Position numbers and translations under genes: made by a program. From contig QMWS01000001.1 in assembly GCA_003661745.1 (NCBI GenBank), forward strand, positions 1 through 45,252: a stretch of DNA of 45,252 nt, written 5' to 3'. Under the pieces are notes generated by a model. It was not told the origin of the DNA. It searched no databases and saw only the letters and a program-made list of their open reading frames with translations. This document shows positions 10,560-21,364 of the stretch, piece after piece (position 1 is the first letter of the stretch; every line of letters begins with the position of its first letter). This DNA comes from Thermoprotei archaeon. Lineage in GTDB: Archaea > Thermoproteota > Thermoprotei_A > Sulfolobales > NBVN01.

Positions 10560-10750
10560 CTCGCAGTACCTCCTTTAACCTCTCTATCTACATAACCATA
10601 CATCCTCATCATTTTAAGCTCCTGTATAACAGTTGTCAAAAGATATTTCTTACCTTCAACCCTCAAAGCATTGTGAATATCCTCAGCAGTTGGTTTAATC
10701 CCCTTACTGTTGAACTTCTTTATAATCCTCACTATGTCATCGTTTAACAT
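10538..10750 (-). CDS. small winged-helix DNA-binding protein (70 aa)
   Basis: Identical mirror copy of 34503..34715. Confidence 0.8.
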   Translation of the reverse strand: MLNDDIVRIIKKFNSKGIKPTAEDIHNALRVEGKKYLLTTVIQELKMMRMYGYVDREVKGGTARWFVRKK

Positions 10751-10790
10751 AAAACAAATTAGAAATCAGTTGTTTAAAAATCTTCCTTCT

Positions 10791-11018
10791 CTAAATCTTA
10801 AGCAACTCCTCCTTGCTCAATAATTCCTTACCGATATACCTCCTACCCTTAAAAATCTTCATAACATTTCCCTTAACAACAGCACGACAGATTACATCAT
10901 CATCCTTATAAACATCATACTTCTTTCCATCCCCAGAATTGCCCTTATATATGACGTGTGTCGGTATATCACCTACAACCTTACTAATTTTGTACAGAAT
11001 CGAATCCATATTTACCAA
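10791..11018 (-). CDS. hypothetical protein (75 aa)
   Basis: Identical mirror copy of 34235..34462. Confidence 0.7.
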   Translation of the reverse strand: MVNMDSILYKISKVVGDIPTHVIYKGNSGDGKKYDVYKDDDVICRAVVKGNVMKIFKGRRYIGKELLSKEELLKI

Positions 11019-11021
11019 AAA

Positions 11022-11273
11022 TTACACCTCCAACCTTCTCCTAATCAACTCAGCAGTTTCCTTGTCTAAAAAAGGGAGCAATTCGTTTATAATTTTTACT
11101 AATCTCAAATAGGCAAAATACACAGCACCATCCCTTGCATTTATACCCGTCAACCTCATCTCCTCAGCAAGAACACTTAACTCCTTTACAACATCTCTAA
11201 TTTTTTCCCTCACCATACCACCCATCCAAAGAAGATTTTTCACGAGCAGTTTTCCTCCTAATATATGCCTCAA
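11022..11273 (-). CDS. hypothetical protein (83 aa)
   Basis: Identical mirror copy of 33980..34231. Confidence 0.65.
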   Translation of the reverse strand: MRHILGGKLLVKNLLWMGGMVREKIRDVVKELSVLAEEMRLTGINARDGAVYFAYLRLVKIINELLPFLDKETAELIRRRLEV

Positions 11274-11487
11274 TAACCTTCCTATCCTGATAATTCAACT
11301 CAGATAAATCCTTTATCTCCCCATCAAGGTATCTCCTTGTAATCTCTTCAATAAACATCCGCTTAACCTTCAAACAAGCACTTATATAGCTATTAATCAG
11401 GTTAACAGTTCTAAACAAATCATATCTCCCCAAACGCTTGAATCTTTCAGCAAGTTCTCCAGTACTCTCAACTTCCGTCATCGTCAA
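11197..11487 (-). CDS. hypothetical protein (96 aa)
   Basis: Identical mirror copy of 33766..34056. Confidence 0.75.
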   Translation of the reverse strand: MTMTEVESTGELAERFKRLGRYDLFRTVNLINSYISACLKVKRMFIEEITRRYLDGEIKDLSELNYQDRKVIEAYIRRKTAREKSSLDGWYGEGKN

Positions 11488-11771
11488 TCATCTACACCCA
11501 CGAAACTTCCACAGTTATCACAATGTATCCCATCACTACCCAAAGGTATCAACACAAGAGAACCACAATATGGACAAAACTTCAATTCGCCTTCTATATC
11601 TGGATGCAACAACTCATGCAACTTCTGATATATCATATCAACTTCAACAGGAAATCCTTTATCCTTTATTTCATCTAACTTGTTGTACAGTTCCTCAAGA
11701 ACATCTCCAATCGGTTCAGAACTAAGAATTTTAAACAAGGCATCAAGACATTCAGCAACACCATTCAACAT
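11484..11771 (-). CDS. zinc-ribbon protein (95 aa)
   Basis: Identical mirror copy of 33482..33769. Confidence 0.85.
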   Translation of the reverse strand: MLNGVAECLDALFKILSSEPIGDVLEELYNKLDEIKDKGFPVEVDMIYQKLHELLHPDIEGELKFCPYCGSLVLIPLGSDGIHCDNCGSFVGVDD

Positions 11772-11779
11772 ATCACCTC

Positions 11780-12361
11780 CTACTTCAAACTGAAAAACTC
11801 CTTAGCAACTTTCCTTGCATAATCTCCCCAAACAGATTTTTGTTCTAAAAGGTTTAACAATTTAACAATGTCCGGTTCTATCTTCGTTAACCTATACCAC
11901 TTTTTTCCCTCCTTCTTAGCAATACCAACGGCATCAAAGAAACTAAGAACATGCCTAACAGTTGCAGGTGTCCTACCAGTTTTCTTAACTATTGCATCAA
12001 CAGTAGAAGGACGAATTAATGCATCATAGACATCACAAAAAATCTGAGGCAACTTAGATACTATATCCTTCGAAGATACACCAGTATCTATCCTCACCAA
12101 CCTATTCACACTAACCTTCACACCCGTCAACTTACAAATATCTGAAATAAAACTAGCAACCAAATCAATAAAATCCGTCAAAGATATACTGAGAGACACC
12201 GTATTCTTTCCATCGGAAACAGATACAACCTGTCTGTTCTTGACACATATCCAGTACGGAGAATCAGCAATTGTAAGATTAATTACCAACATGAAATGAC
12301 ACCATCCCTGCACTTTATATACTCTGGAACACCATACTTCGCAACACAGACATCCAACCAC
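11780..12361 (-). CDS. winged-helix DNA-binding protein (193 aa)
   Basis: Identical mirror copy of 32892..33473. Confidence 0.85.
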   Translation of the reverse strand: MVGCLCCEVWCSRVYKVQGWCHFMLVINLTIADSPYWICVKNRQVVSVSDGKNTVSLSISLTDFIDLVASFISDICKLTGVKVSVNRLVRIDTGVSSKDIVSKLPQIFCDVYDALIRPSTVDAIVKKTGRTPATVRHVLSFFDAVGIAKKEGKKWYRLTKIEPDIVKLLNLLEQKSVWGDYARKVAKEFFSLK

Positions 12362-12528
12362 TTTTCGTTTTTCTTCTTGTCAGTATAGTAGAGCTTACCA
12401 TCTATCACAAGGTAAATTCGATTGCCCAACTCAACACAATACTCAACCAACGCCAAATCAAAGTTTCTCAGCGGTTTAGCGTCTATTATACGAAAACTTT
12501 TTACAGAACTCTTCTGGGTCTTTGTCAA
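12283..12528 (-). CDS. hypothetical protein (81 aa)
   Basis: Identical mirror copy of 32725..32970. Confidence 0.65.
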   Translation of the reverse strand: MTKTQKSSVKSFRIIDAKPLRNFDLALVEYCVELGNRIYLVIDGKLYYTDKKKNEKWLDVCVAKYGVPEYIKCRDGVISCW

Positions 12529-13345
12529 AGTTCCACTCCTCGTATGGTTTCTTGCACCGTCTCTTGCAAATCACACACAACGGATGAACATCTCTTGAAC
12601 GAGCATAAACCACCAGCTCATCCTTGTTCTCTATAGAAATTTTCTTCTTCTTTTTCTTCTTTTCTTCCTTCTTCTTTTCCTCTTTTTTCTTTTCCTCAAC
12701 CTTTTTCTCCTCAACCTTAACCTCTTCAATTTTTGGCATTAAAGTACTTAATGTCCTATCAAGAGCTTCACCAGCTAATTGTTGAGTTATCTCTGAATGA
12801 ACAACTCTTATTGCCTTAGTAATGGAGTCAATCATTTCCTCAACAATTCTCTCAGCAGGTGCCGTTATCTCCTTTATACTGTAAATACCTGAAATGTATA
12901 CAGTTGCATACATATCCTGTCGCATACCAACATTAGCAACACTACATCTAATTGAACGCAACAAAAATGGTCTGACATGCCCCTCTAATATCGGTCTCCA
13001 ATTCTTACGATGCACAAGATAAACCAAATTATCATAGTACTGCTCAACATCCTTGTACCTTGCCTCTGGTAGTTTCTTTCTTATCTCGTTGTAAATATAG
13101 TCAAAATCAAACAGATAGCTCCTTGCAGATGCTGAAAAAACAAAATAGCTATCACTTCTACTGATTTCCAATTTGTATCCCTTTGCCTCATAGACAGCAG
13201 TCGCAGACACAGATTTCTCAAACAAAGCTTCTACATATCTAATGTACTCCTTCTTATCTGTAAATCTCCTGACAAATGTCTTTTTACCTCCAACAGTCAA
13301 CACAGACAAAGTACTCCTCTCTTTATTTCTCCAGAAACAAACCAT
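12476..13345 (-). CDS. hypothetical protein with Lys/Glu-rich low-complexity tract (289 aa)
   Basis: Identical mirror copy of 31908..32777. Confidence 0.85.
   Translation of the reverse strand: MVCFWRNKERSTLSVLTVGGKKTFVRRFTDKKEYIRYVEALFEKSVSATAVYEAKGYKLEISRSDSYFVFSASARSYLFDFDYIYNEIRKKLPEARYKDVEQYYDNLVYLVHRKNWRPILEGHVRPFLLRSIRCSVANVGMRQDMYATVYISGIYSIKEITAPAERIVEEMIDSITKAIRVVHSEITQQLAGEALDRTLSTLMPKIEEVKVEEKKVEEKKKEEKKKEEKKKKKKKISIENKDELVVYARSRDVHPLCVICKRRCKKPYEEWNFDKDPEEFCKKFSYNRR
12640..12697. repeat. 58-nt homopyrimidine (top strand) tract
   Basis: Mirror of the homopurine run 32556..32613. Confidence 0.9.
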
Positions 13346-13630
13346 TTACTCTCCCTCCTTCACCTCTTCTTCTTTTTCCAACCTCCTATCTAAATATCCA
13401 CCAATAACAAACGAAACAAACATTAGAAAGATACCTACCAAAGCACCAAGTAAAAAATAATAACCATACTCCCAATCCAAACTATATGATATGTAATATA
13501 TCAATCCAACAGAACACCCAAGAAACAAATAACTAAACGGTCTCTGCACTCTCCTTTTGTCTGATGAATGCCTTGAACTCAATATCCCACCTTTTCTTAA
13601 GCTTTTCATATTCCCTATGAGTAATTCCAA
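13346..13630 (-). CDS. small two-TM membrane protein
   Basis: Identical mirror copy of 31623..31907. Confidence 0.6.
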   Translation of the reverse strand: MELLIGNMKSLRKGGILSSRHSSDKRRVQRPFSYLFLGCSVGLIYYISYSLDWEYGYYFLLGALVGIFLMFVSFVIGGYLDRRLEKEEEVKEGE

Positions 13631-13889
13631 GCTTCATTAAAACATAATCTCTAAAAGGACATTTCTTCTCAGTTCCACAACAATAGGCAATAGAACCATA
13701 GCACAGCAACTTCTTAAGTTCATCATAATCCGTCGAATTAACAATTCTTAACTTCTCACTAATGTCTTGTTCAATTTTATCAAGCATCATCCTATCTTTT
13801 TTTATTCCTTCAAGTTGCTTCCTAAGATACTCCTCCAAGTTCATATTTTCCATATGGAAAATCACTTCTTTAAAAAGTTTCTCCTCCAA
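13533..13889 (-). CDS. hypothetical Cys-cluster protein (118 aa)
   Basis: Identical mirror copy of 31364..31720. Confidence 0.8.
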   Translation of the reverse strand: MEEKLFKEVIFHMENMNLEEYLRKQLEGIKKDRMMLDKIEQDISEKLRIVNSTDYDELKKLLCYGSIAYCCGTEKKCPFRDYVLMKLGITHREYEKLKKRWDIEFKAFIRQKESAETV

Positions 13890-14296
13890 ACATCGAACAA
13901 TTTCCTAACAACAAAAGATGCACAAGAATACTGCATTTTGTCAACAAACACAGCAGAAATATTCTTCATCTTATATTCCTCACGAATTACCCCCAAATAG
14001 TATGAAAAATCACCAAAATAAAACAGCAACTTATCAGGATTATCCTCCTCTATAACATTATGCAACGAATCCACAACCTTATACATCAACGAGAAAGGAC
14101 AAACAGATTTATCATAGAAATCCTTAACAAAATCCCTAAAAGCAGAGATTACACCCTTTACATAAGGAGGAATCAAATTAATATCAAATTTGTAAGGGTC
14201 TTTAACAACTGCCCTAAGAATCTCGTAAGGAAACCTCAAACAAAACCACCTTTGAAATACCAATATATAACAACAGATATACCAAGAATCAACCAT
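13862..14296 (-). CDS. hypothetical protein (144 aa)
   Basis: Identical mirror copy of 30957..31391. Confidence 0.8.
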   Translation of the reverse strand: MVDSWYICCYILVFQRWFCLRFPYEILRAVVKDPYKFDINLIPPYVKGVISAFRDFVKDFYDKSVCPFSLMYKVVDSLHNVIEEDNPDKLLFYFGDFSYYLGVIREEYKMKNISAVFVDKMQYSCASFVVRKLFDVWRRNFLKK

Positions 14297-14634
14297 TCAC
14301 TCCAACTATATGTCTTGTACAAACCAAATCTAACCCTAAAATCTGAAGGATAAAATATCCTAACACCAGACTTCGAAAAGCAATCCAAGAAAATGTGAAC
14401 AACAACGCCCACAAACAACGGTAAGTAATAATTAAACACATCCCTAAATACAAGGTAAGTAACAACAAAAGGTGGCAACCACAACAACAAGGAATGCCCT
14501 ATTGTTCTATGATTATACTCCATGACATCTGGCAATACCAAACCAACCAAATATAACCCCATACAAACACCTGAAAACTTGAGCAACAAATCATTCAAAA
14601 AGAAACCAATCAAAATATGAGAAATCCAAGTCAA
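14236..14634 (-). CDS. YdjM-like membrane-bound metal-dependent hydrolase candidate
   Basis: Identical mirror copy of 30619..31017. Confidence 0.8.
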   Translation of the reverse strand: MTWISHILIGFFLNDLLLKFSGVCMGLYLVGLVLPDVMEYNHRTIGHSLLLWLPPFVVTYLVFRDVFNYYLPLFVGVVVHIFLDCFSKSGVRIFYPSDFRVRFGLYKTYSWSEWLILGISVVIYWYFKGGFV

Positions 14635-15281
14635 AATTCCAACCTCCTCATAAGTTCTTCCTCTTCAAGCTCTGCAACAGCAAAAGGAATACCCAACCTC
14701 CTATGCAAACCCTTCACATCAAAAACAGCATTTAAATTATGATAAACAACAACACGAGGACGAACCGACATAAATTTCAACAAAACAGGTGCATAATCAT
14801 CAGAATGAAGAAACACAATTGCCTTATCAGTATATGTCATAAAATGAGAATACAATGCCCTAATGTCATAACCAACAGCTAATTTATAAGTATCAAAAAC
14901 AACCAAACCAAAAACCATCTCATCCAAAACATCTCCCAAAACAGGTTCCAACCCTATTTTATTAAGAAAATCCAAAACCACCATACCATCAAAATTAGCA
15001 ACCTTTACAACAAAATCAGGCACAAACTCTTCATATTTCGAAATAGAACCGTTAAACTCCGCTACATCAACAACCGCCCTAACGATATCTTTTATCTTCA
15101 CACCAATGTTCTTTCTCTTACCATCTACAAAGTTTCTAATCAACTCAGGATGAACCGACAACCTTCGTGCAAGTTCCCCAACAGAAACATTAAGCTCATA
15201 TAACCACTTCTTCAGAACCAAATGAGGATAATCAGAATATGCCATCTCACCAGCAATTCTTATCACTAAAGGATTCACCAA
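14631..15281 (-). CDS. XRE-type HTH protein (216 aa)
   Basis: Identical mirror copy of 29972..30622. Confidence 0.85.
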   Translation of the reverse strand: MVNPLVIRIAGEMAYSDYPHLVLKKWLYELNVSVGELARRLSVHPELIRNFVDGKRKNIGVKIKDIVRAVVDVAEFNGSISKYEEFVPDFVVKVANFDGMVVLDFLNKIGLEPVLGDVLDEMVFGLVVFDTYKLAVGYDIRALYSHFMTYTDKAIVFLHSDDYAPVLLKFMSVRPRVVVYHNLNAVFDVKGLHRRLGIPFAVAELEEEELMRRLEF

Positions 15282-15673
15282 AAGGAATCCAACCTCCGTA
15301 ATCTGAGCATACCAACCAAACCAATAACAATTATACTAACAACAAAGACATAATAATCCCTAAGTGAAACATTTGGCATTTTGTAAAGCAACAAAGAGTA
15401 TGCAACATCAAAAATCGTAAAGAAGAAAATCAAATAGTATCTATGCCATGTCATCTTGTTCCAAATCAAAACAGTTAAACAAGCAAAAATGCAAAGTGCT
15501 ATAGTTAAAAGCTGACGAGAATACACCCATGATTCCCAAGACCAATCCTTAAGAATCGGATTGATTTCCTTACATCTTTCATACAACACAACCCGCTCAA
15601 CCGTCAACTTGGTATCAACATACATCAGAACCATTAAAGCAATGATAAGAGTGCAGAAAATGCCCCTTAACAT
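15275..15673 (-). CDS. four-TM membrane protein (132 aa)
   Basis: Identical mirror copy of 29580..29978. Confidence 0.85.
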   Translation of the reverse strand: MLRGIFCTLIIALMVLMYVDTKLTVERVVLYERCKEINPILKDWSWESWVYSRQLLTIALCIFACLTVLIWNKMTWHRYYLIFFFTIFDVAYSLLLYKMPNVSLRDYYVFVVSIIVIGLVGMLRLRRLDSFW

Positions 15674-15721
15674 ATGGAAAAATCAACATTCAGTTCTTAA
15701 AAAAGATTATGCAAAGACAAA

Positions 15722-16405
15722 CTAACCCACAAACTTGGCAATACACTCAAATACATAAGCCACATCTTCCGATAAAAGCACACCAATGTCTCCAAGCGTG
15801 GTAAACTCCCTCTCACGACCTAACACATTATCAACAATATACTCCTCTAAATATGCTCCACACATTACCGGCAGCATATGTCCCCTTGTGTGCATAGTAT
15901 TAGCAACTTTTTCAATACACACAATAGCATCATACTTACTTTCCGCACCAATACAGAATTTCTTCAACTCATACAACTTCTCAATTTCTTCATCCAAAGC
16001 TTCCCGTGTATACTCTGCTATCTTCTTTATATCCTTATATTCATCTTCTGTGATAACCCCACTATAATACAAGTCAGTTGCCTCAAACAACTCCTCATCA
16101 ACAACAACATCCCTCTGAAACTTTCTAGCATCTATTCCTTCATCAATCATCTTCAAGACATCGTTGTAAAATCTGTAAACCTCATCATCTGTCATACACC
16201 CACTCGCAAACTTGATATACCTTTTAATGAATGATTCCACACATCGTACCCACCCTAATGCAGTTTCCCTATCGTCCTCATCCTCAAGAGAAGGAATAAC
16301 ATCATTGACTATCCAACCAATGTATTCCCTCGGATTACACCTGTCATACAATTTTCTATATAATCTCCAATCACAATATCCCAACACAAAATAAAGTACC
16401 AACAC
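15722..16405 (-). CDS. hypothetical acidic protein (227 aa)
   Basis: Identical mirror copy of 28848..29531. Confidence 0.85.
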   Translation of the reverse strand: MLVLYFVLGYCDWRLYRKLYDRCNPREYIGWIVNDVIPSLEDEDDRETALGWVRCVESFIKRYIKFASGCMTDDEVYRFYNDVLKMIDEGIDARKFQRDVVVDEELFEATDLYYSGVITEDEYKDIKKIAEYTREALDEEIEKLYELKKFCIGAESKYDAIVCIEKVANTMHTRGHMLPVMCGAYLEEYIVDNVLGREREFTTLGDIGVLLSEDVAYVFECIAKFVG

Positions 16406-16439
16406 AAACTTAAAAAACTATCTACCAAACAAATAAAAT

Positions 16440-16646
16440 ATGGACATCGTAAGCACAGCATCAACACAATTTCAAAACATAATTAACCAGATTGTCCAGA
16501 AGATAACAACAAAAATAGCACAAAATCCAATTATGGCAGTTATAATTGTCATATGTGCAATGATTGTTGCGTTTAGTGAGAAAAAACTGATTACTGCATT
16601 ATTACTACTTGTCCTACTAACAATTTTAGGAGTTTCACTACTGTGA
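16440..16646 (+). CDS. small hydrophobic two-helix protein (68 aa), minority strand
   Basis: Identical mirror copy of 28607..28813(-). Confidence 0.7.
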   Translation: MDIVSTASTQFQNIINQIVQKITTKIAQNPIMAVIIVICAMIVAFSEKKLITALLLLVLLTILGVSLL

Positions 16647-16647
16647 A

Positions 16648-16953
16648 CTACACCTCAACAACTTCCCGTTCATATGGTTGCAAAGCTCTTTCACACGAAA
16701 AAGACAACTCTGGATATCTATTGCAAATGTTCTCTATGAAGTCCCTTCTAATGTACAAAACAGGTATGCACTCCTCTGGATAAACAACTCCCTTACAGAC
16801 AGATATACGGTAGGCATCCTCGTCCTTCATATAGTATGCTGTAATGCTCTCTCCCTCTATCTCTATACCAATCCTCGAAAGAATATTCCTCAAATGGTAT
16901 CCCAACTGCGAAGGTGTCAAACCCCGAAGATATACAAGCTCACCAATCAACAT
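16648..16953 (-). CDS. hypothetical protein (101 aa)
   Basis: Identical mirror copy of 28300..28605. Confidence 0.8.
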   Translation of the reverse strand: MLIGELVYLRGLTPSQLGYHLRNILSRIGIEIEGESITAYYMKDEDAYRISVCKGVVYPEECIPVLYIRRDFIENICNRYPELSFSCERALQPYEREVVEV

Positions 16954-17983
16954 ACCTAAACAACCTCCTCAAATCGTAATACATCTTCGACTCCTCATAC
17001 AAACCTTTACCATACATACCATTTGCCTTTACCCCCATATACCACATAAATCCACCACCATGTGGATATGCGTATGTTCCACTACATTCAATATCCAAGT
17101 TGGTTCCTTCATTCTCCATATACAACTCATTACAAGCACATTCCACATAATCATCAAGCAAATCTTCATAATACCTTTCAACATAATCATCTGCAATCTC
17201 ATACCAAATATCCCAGACGATACTTTCAAACCCATCCTCAACTATCGAAAAGCTACATCTACTGCCCCCACAATTCACAACTCCGCCATACCGCCTTACT
17301 ACATCCCTAAACAAGCCAACCTTATCAGCTGGAACCCTCGTCCTACAATCATAAAAATAAATACGAGACCCACCAAGACTCCTATAAGCATTGAAACTAC
17401 ACTCCGAATTAACAACAATACACAAAGGAGTATCCAAACCTCGACAGTAATCCTTAACACTTTCAGTAATATAATCAAAATCAACATCAACCTCTTCCCT
17501 CACCAAACGATTACTCTCAACATAAACTTCTACACCTTCATCCCCCTTAACAACACTTAACTTCAAATAATCCTCACCATAAGTACATTCAACCCTATAG
17601 GTATTATCCTCCTTCCAAGCTTTGAGAGTAGAATGCCAATACTCCCCACACATCTTAGGAAGAACAGCAAGTAAATCCATATCATCAAAATCCTTAGAAA
17701 TGTCAACCTTATACCCATGTTTCTCTCTTCTGGATTCTATCCTTCTATGAACGAAATACCTATAAGAATCCAAATTTTTAATGAAATATTCCGTATCGGT
17801 TGGAACAAATCTATCTCCACCAACAAATTTCAGAACAGAAAGAGCATTTTCCAACCTAACATCCTTCTCATGCCTCTCAACAATTTCCCTTATAAAATCA
17901 ACATCATCCCGTTCAATATATCCAGAACTCTGAAGCTTTCCAAGAATATAAGTTAACCGAGCATGAATTTCTTGGTCTAACAT
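16940..17983 (-). CDS. hypothetical acidic Cys-rich protein (347 aa)
   Basis: Identical mirror copy of 27270..28313. Confidence 0.9.
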   Translation of the reverse strand: MLDQEIHARLTYILGKLQSSGYIERDDVDFIREIVERHEKDVRLENALSVLKFVGGDRFVPTDTEYFIKNLDSYRYFVHRRIESRREKHGYKVDISKDFDDMDLLAVLPKMCGEYWHSTLKAWKEDNTYRVECTYGEDYLKLSVVKGDEGVEVYVESNRLVREEVDVDFDYITESVKDYCRGLDTPLCIVVNSECSFNAYRSLGGSRIYFYDCRTRVPADKVGLFRDVVRRYGGVVNCGGSRCSFSIVEDGFESIVWDIWYEIADDYVERYYEDLLDDYVECACNELYMENEGTNLDIECSGTYAYPHGGGFMWYMGVKANGMYGKGLYEESKMYYDLRRLFRYVDW

Positions 17984-18395
17984 GCTAAAAACTTATATAT
18001 TACCACTTAAAAATTTTTCCAGTATGAAGTGGGATGCTTGGTTATGTAAAAAGAAAGGAACAGAAACAAAGTGCATCAAGATTGCAGAATTAGATTTACC
18101 GAAAGATATCGAACCAACAGATTTACAGACAACTATCTTAGACGAACTAAAAAGATATGTAGAAACGGTTGAAAAACCAGATTTCACAAAATCTTCAAAG
18201 ATAGAAGGTAGTTGGAATGTAACATTCACAAAGAGATTTGGAAATACAGATTACACAATAGAAATCAGACCAGCAGAAGAGTTCAGAAAATTGGCAAAAG
18301 AAGCGGAAATAACAGCAATAAAGGAAATAGAAAAAGGAATAGAAGAACTACACAAAGCAATCGACAAACTCATCAAGACACCACTATACCTCTAA
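17982..18395 (+). CDS. hypothetical Lys/Glu-rich protein (137 aa), minority strand
   Basis: Identical mirror copy of 26858..27271(-). The likelier start is ATG 18024. Confidence 0.7.
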   Translation: MLKTYILPLKNFSSMKWDAWLCKKKGTETKCIKIAELDLPKDIEPTDLQTTILDELKRYVETVEKPDFTKSSKIEGSWNVTFTKRFGNTDYTIEIRPAEEFRKLAKEAEITAIKEIEKGIEELHKAIDKLIKTPLYL

Positions 18396-18604
18396 AATAC
18401 CTCAGCGTAAATTACAACACAAATCAACAATACAGGTAAAACAACAAAATACATAAACTTAACAAATTTGAAAACCCACACATCGTAATATCTATTTGCA
18501 ACCCATTCACTAACCAATTCGTTCAAAACCTTCTCAGAATCCAAACCATACTCTCTACAAACTTCTTCAAACTCTTTTAAAAGTTCTTCATCAACCTTCA
18601 TCAA
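18392..18604 (-). CDS. small membrane-anchored protein (70 aa)
   Basis: Identical mirror copy of 26649..26861. Confidence 0.65.
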   Translation of the reverse strand: MMKVDEELLKEFEEVCREYGLDSEKVLNELVSEWVANRYYDVWVFKFVKFMYFVVLPVLLICVVIYAEVF

Positions 18605-18641
18605 ACCACTTATATTATACCTTATATATTATATATATACA

Positions 18642-18863
18642 TCAACCCCCATTAGATACCCGCACATAACCTTTACACCTAATATATTTAATCACACCCT
18701 TCTTCTTTAAAGCTTTCACAACCTTCCAAGCTTGTCCCCTCGAAATATCAAGAAGATTGGCAATATCATTCAAAGACAAAGGTTCATCACCTATAATCCT
18801 TTCAAGCTTCTTACAAGCTCTCTCAAAATCCTTACCAACCAACGGTTTTGCATGCAACCTCAT
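18642..18863 (-). CDS. small winged-helix DNA-binding protein (73 aa)
   Basis: Identical mirror copy of 26390..26611. Confidence 0.8.
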   Translation of the reverse strand: MRLHAKPLVGKDFERACKKLERIIGDEPLSLNDIANLLDISRGQAWKVVKALKKKGVIKYIRCKGYVRVSNGG

Positions 18864-18872
18864 CCTATCACC

Positions 18873-20657
18873 TCAGACATACGGAACCCAAGTATATTTA
18901 TCACCAAGCTTCCTAAGCTTACCCATACCAAACAACTTTTTCACAAATTTCTCAACCTTACCCTTATCAATACCTGTCATCACACAAATATCATCAATAG
19001 TCAACGGTTCTGACAACTGCAATGCATTAATAATTGCCTCTTCCTCTTTCTTATCCAAAATAACATCATACAAATCACTATCAGAAGCACCAATGACCTT
19101 CCACTTATCACTATCAACCAGCTTAACTATTCCACCCCTCGAAAAATCATCCATCACATCCCTAACAGCTTCCTCACACATACAGAACCGACTACAACAA
19201 GTCTCAAGATTTATTGTCCTACCTTTTATGCTCGACAGATACTCCTGAATTTCACTCCTCGTTGTAGTTGAAATTTCAACAATTCCTAAAGAATAAAGAT
19301 GTTTATACAAAACCTTACAAACATATTCAACATCACTAACAGAAACCTTCTTCTTCCCAAAAGCTTTGGCACGACCAATTGCAAGATTTTTAACATGATT
19401 TACCATTATCTTATCATAATGAACCTCATAATCCAACTCTGAATATTTATCCAAATTAACATCCCTAAACCACTTCATAATAAAATCATTACTAACCTTA
19501 TTATCAAACACAACATCAACCGACCTCCTTCGTAGTAATGCATAAAAATGCTCTCGATTTCCAACAATACCCTTACTACTAACCTCCTCAAAGTATCTAT
19601 CAGCATCAAGCTGAATATTAACAAGAACACATCTCCTCAATAACTGAGCAAAAGCTTTCTTCTTAACCTCATTCCAAAAACTCACATCCCTCATCAATGT
19701 CCCAAAAAACAAATAACCCCTAAATGGTGGTCGTATGTGCTTACCCCACTTAAACCTCTCCATGTAATCTCCAGAAGCAACCTCTAAAATCAGATTAATC
19801 ATATCAGGACTTGCCTTGTCAACCTCATCTACCAAAACACAATAATGAGTTATAGGAGTAACAGCTTCACCATCCTTAACATACCCAAACAATGTCTTCG
19901 ATAAATCATCAGAATGTAACAAAGGAAAACCCATTGATTCATGAATTCCTACTAAAAATGTCGTCTTACCAGTTCCAGAAGGACCACAAATTAAAATAGG
20001 AACCGGCTTTCTAAGACCACTTGCATCATAAGAAAGAAGAGAATAAACAAAAAGCTCCTTCGTATATAATGGAGTTCCACAAATAGGAGACACATACTTA
20101 ACAGCTTCCTCATAATCAATATTTTTAACATCCTCTCCAACTATTTTAACACCTTTTGCATAATTACATCTCACAATCTTATGACTCCTACCACCAACAG
20201 GAATATTAAAATTCTGAACATCAACCACAACATAACTTCCAACAGGAACATAATTCTTACTTACAAACGAAACACCACTACTAAGATTCACAACCCACCA
20301 AACTTCACCATCGTTATCCATACTCAAAATCTTCTTAGAAAAAAGATTCGTTGGTATATGCCCATAAGAAATAATAGACAACTTCTGCAAAAGAGTTAGC
20401 TCCTTCTTAACCTTCTTCTTTTTATTTTTAACCTTCTTTTCATACACCAACCATCTCGGCACAGGTTTAAAAAAACACCCACAAACAACTCCTTCTACCT
20501 TACACCTTCCAACAGCTTCCTGCATTTTAAATTTCACCTCTTCAACATCTTTAACATCACACCCCAACAACCTTGATATCTTTAAAGCATCCAAACCCTG
20601 AGAAATAAACGCAACAATCTGTTTTTCAATATAACTCCGAGTATATCTACGGGTCAA
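18873..20657 (-). CDS. AAA+ ATPase, MCM-like helicase/initiator candidate
   Basis: Identical mirror copy of 24596..26380. Confidence 0.85.
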   Translation of the reverse strand: MTRRYTRSYIEKQIVAFISQGLDALKISRLLGCDVKDVEEVKFKMQEAVGRCKVEGVVCGCFFKPVPRWLVYEKKVKNKKKKVKKELTLLQKLSIISYGHIPTNLFSKKILSMDNDGEVWWVVNLSSGVSFVSKNYVPVGSYVVVDVQNFNIPVGGRSHKIVRCNYAKGVKIVGEDVKNIDYEEAVKYVSPICGTPLYTKELFVYSLLSYDASGLRKPVPILICGPSGTGKTTFLVGIHESMGFPLLHSDDLSKTLFGYVKDGEAVTPITHYCVLVDEVDKASPDMINLILEVASGDYMERFKWGKHIRPPFRGYLFFGTLMRDVSFWNEVKKKAFAQLLRRCVLVNIQLDADRYFEEVSSKGIVGNREHFYALLRRRSVDVVFDNKVSNDFIMKWFRDVNLDKYSELDYEVHYDKIMVNHVKNLAIGRAKAFGKKKVSVSDVEYVCKVLYKHLYSLGIVEISTTTRSEIQEYLSSIKGRTINLETCCSRFCMCEEAVRDVMDDFSRGGIVKLVDSDKWKVIGASDSDLYDVILDKKEEEAIINALQLSEPLTIDDICVMTGIDKGKVEKFVKKLFGMGKLRKLGDKYTWVPYV

Positions 20658-21150
20658 ACATTATCATCCCCCAGAAACCAAACCAAAAAGTTTATAAGAG
20701 TGAAAGAATGAGCATCATAACAATCTCTCCCTCTACCCTTCATATTCTCTAAACCAACAACCATTTACTCGTTTAAAAAATTTTCGCAGCATCACATTTA
20801 CACAACCAAAACAAACCAGCTTATCAAAAGAAATTGGAAAATCCAACAGTAATATTTTTAAATCTTTTCTATGACACCCAATAACAAGGTAAGACACTTA
20901 ACCCCACCTGAAAAGGAGAACCCCCTTTCAAAATGAACCTTAAAATTGAGATTTCACCGAGATAACCCCCAACTTAATAATCATACTACTCCCAAAAAAA
21001 TGGAAAAGGTTTGAAAAAATTACCCCCGAAAACCCAACTTTTCCCACGAGATAACCCACCTAAAAACCCACCAAAATGCTCCTTTTCACATTAGTTCCTT
21101 GACACTCAGTAGCATAATAAATCTCAAATATAATCAAAGATAAGCACCCT

Positions 21151-21303
21151 AAAAACAGACCAGATTGCTTCTTTTTAAAACAAAATTTTAGGGGGTACTA
21201 TTGGTCCTGAGCTTTCTCTGAGATGTACCACGAAATTCATTTTCTAATCAAAAGACACCTAATTGACCCTGCAACTTTTTAAACGGACAAATCTGGTCGC
21301 TTC
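21151..21303 (-). ncRNA. candidate small structured RNA (speculative)
   Basis: Mirror of 23950..24102. Confidence 0.2.
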
Positions 21304-21364
21304 ATTTAATACTTTTGCAAAATATATATAATTTAACTACATTGAAATTTGGAAAACATACATA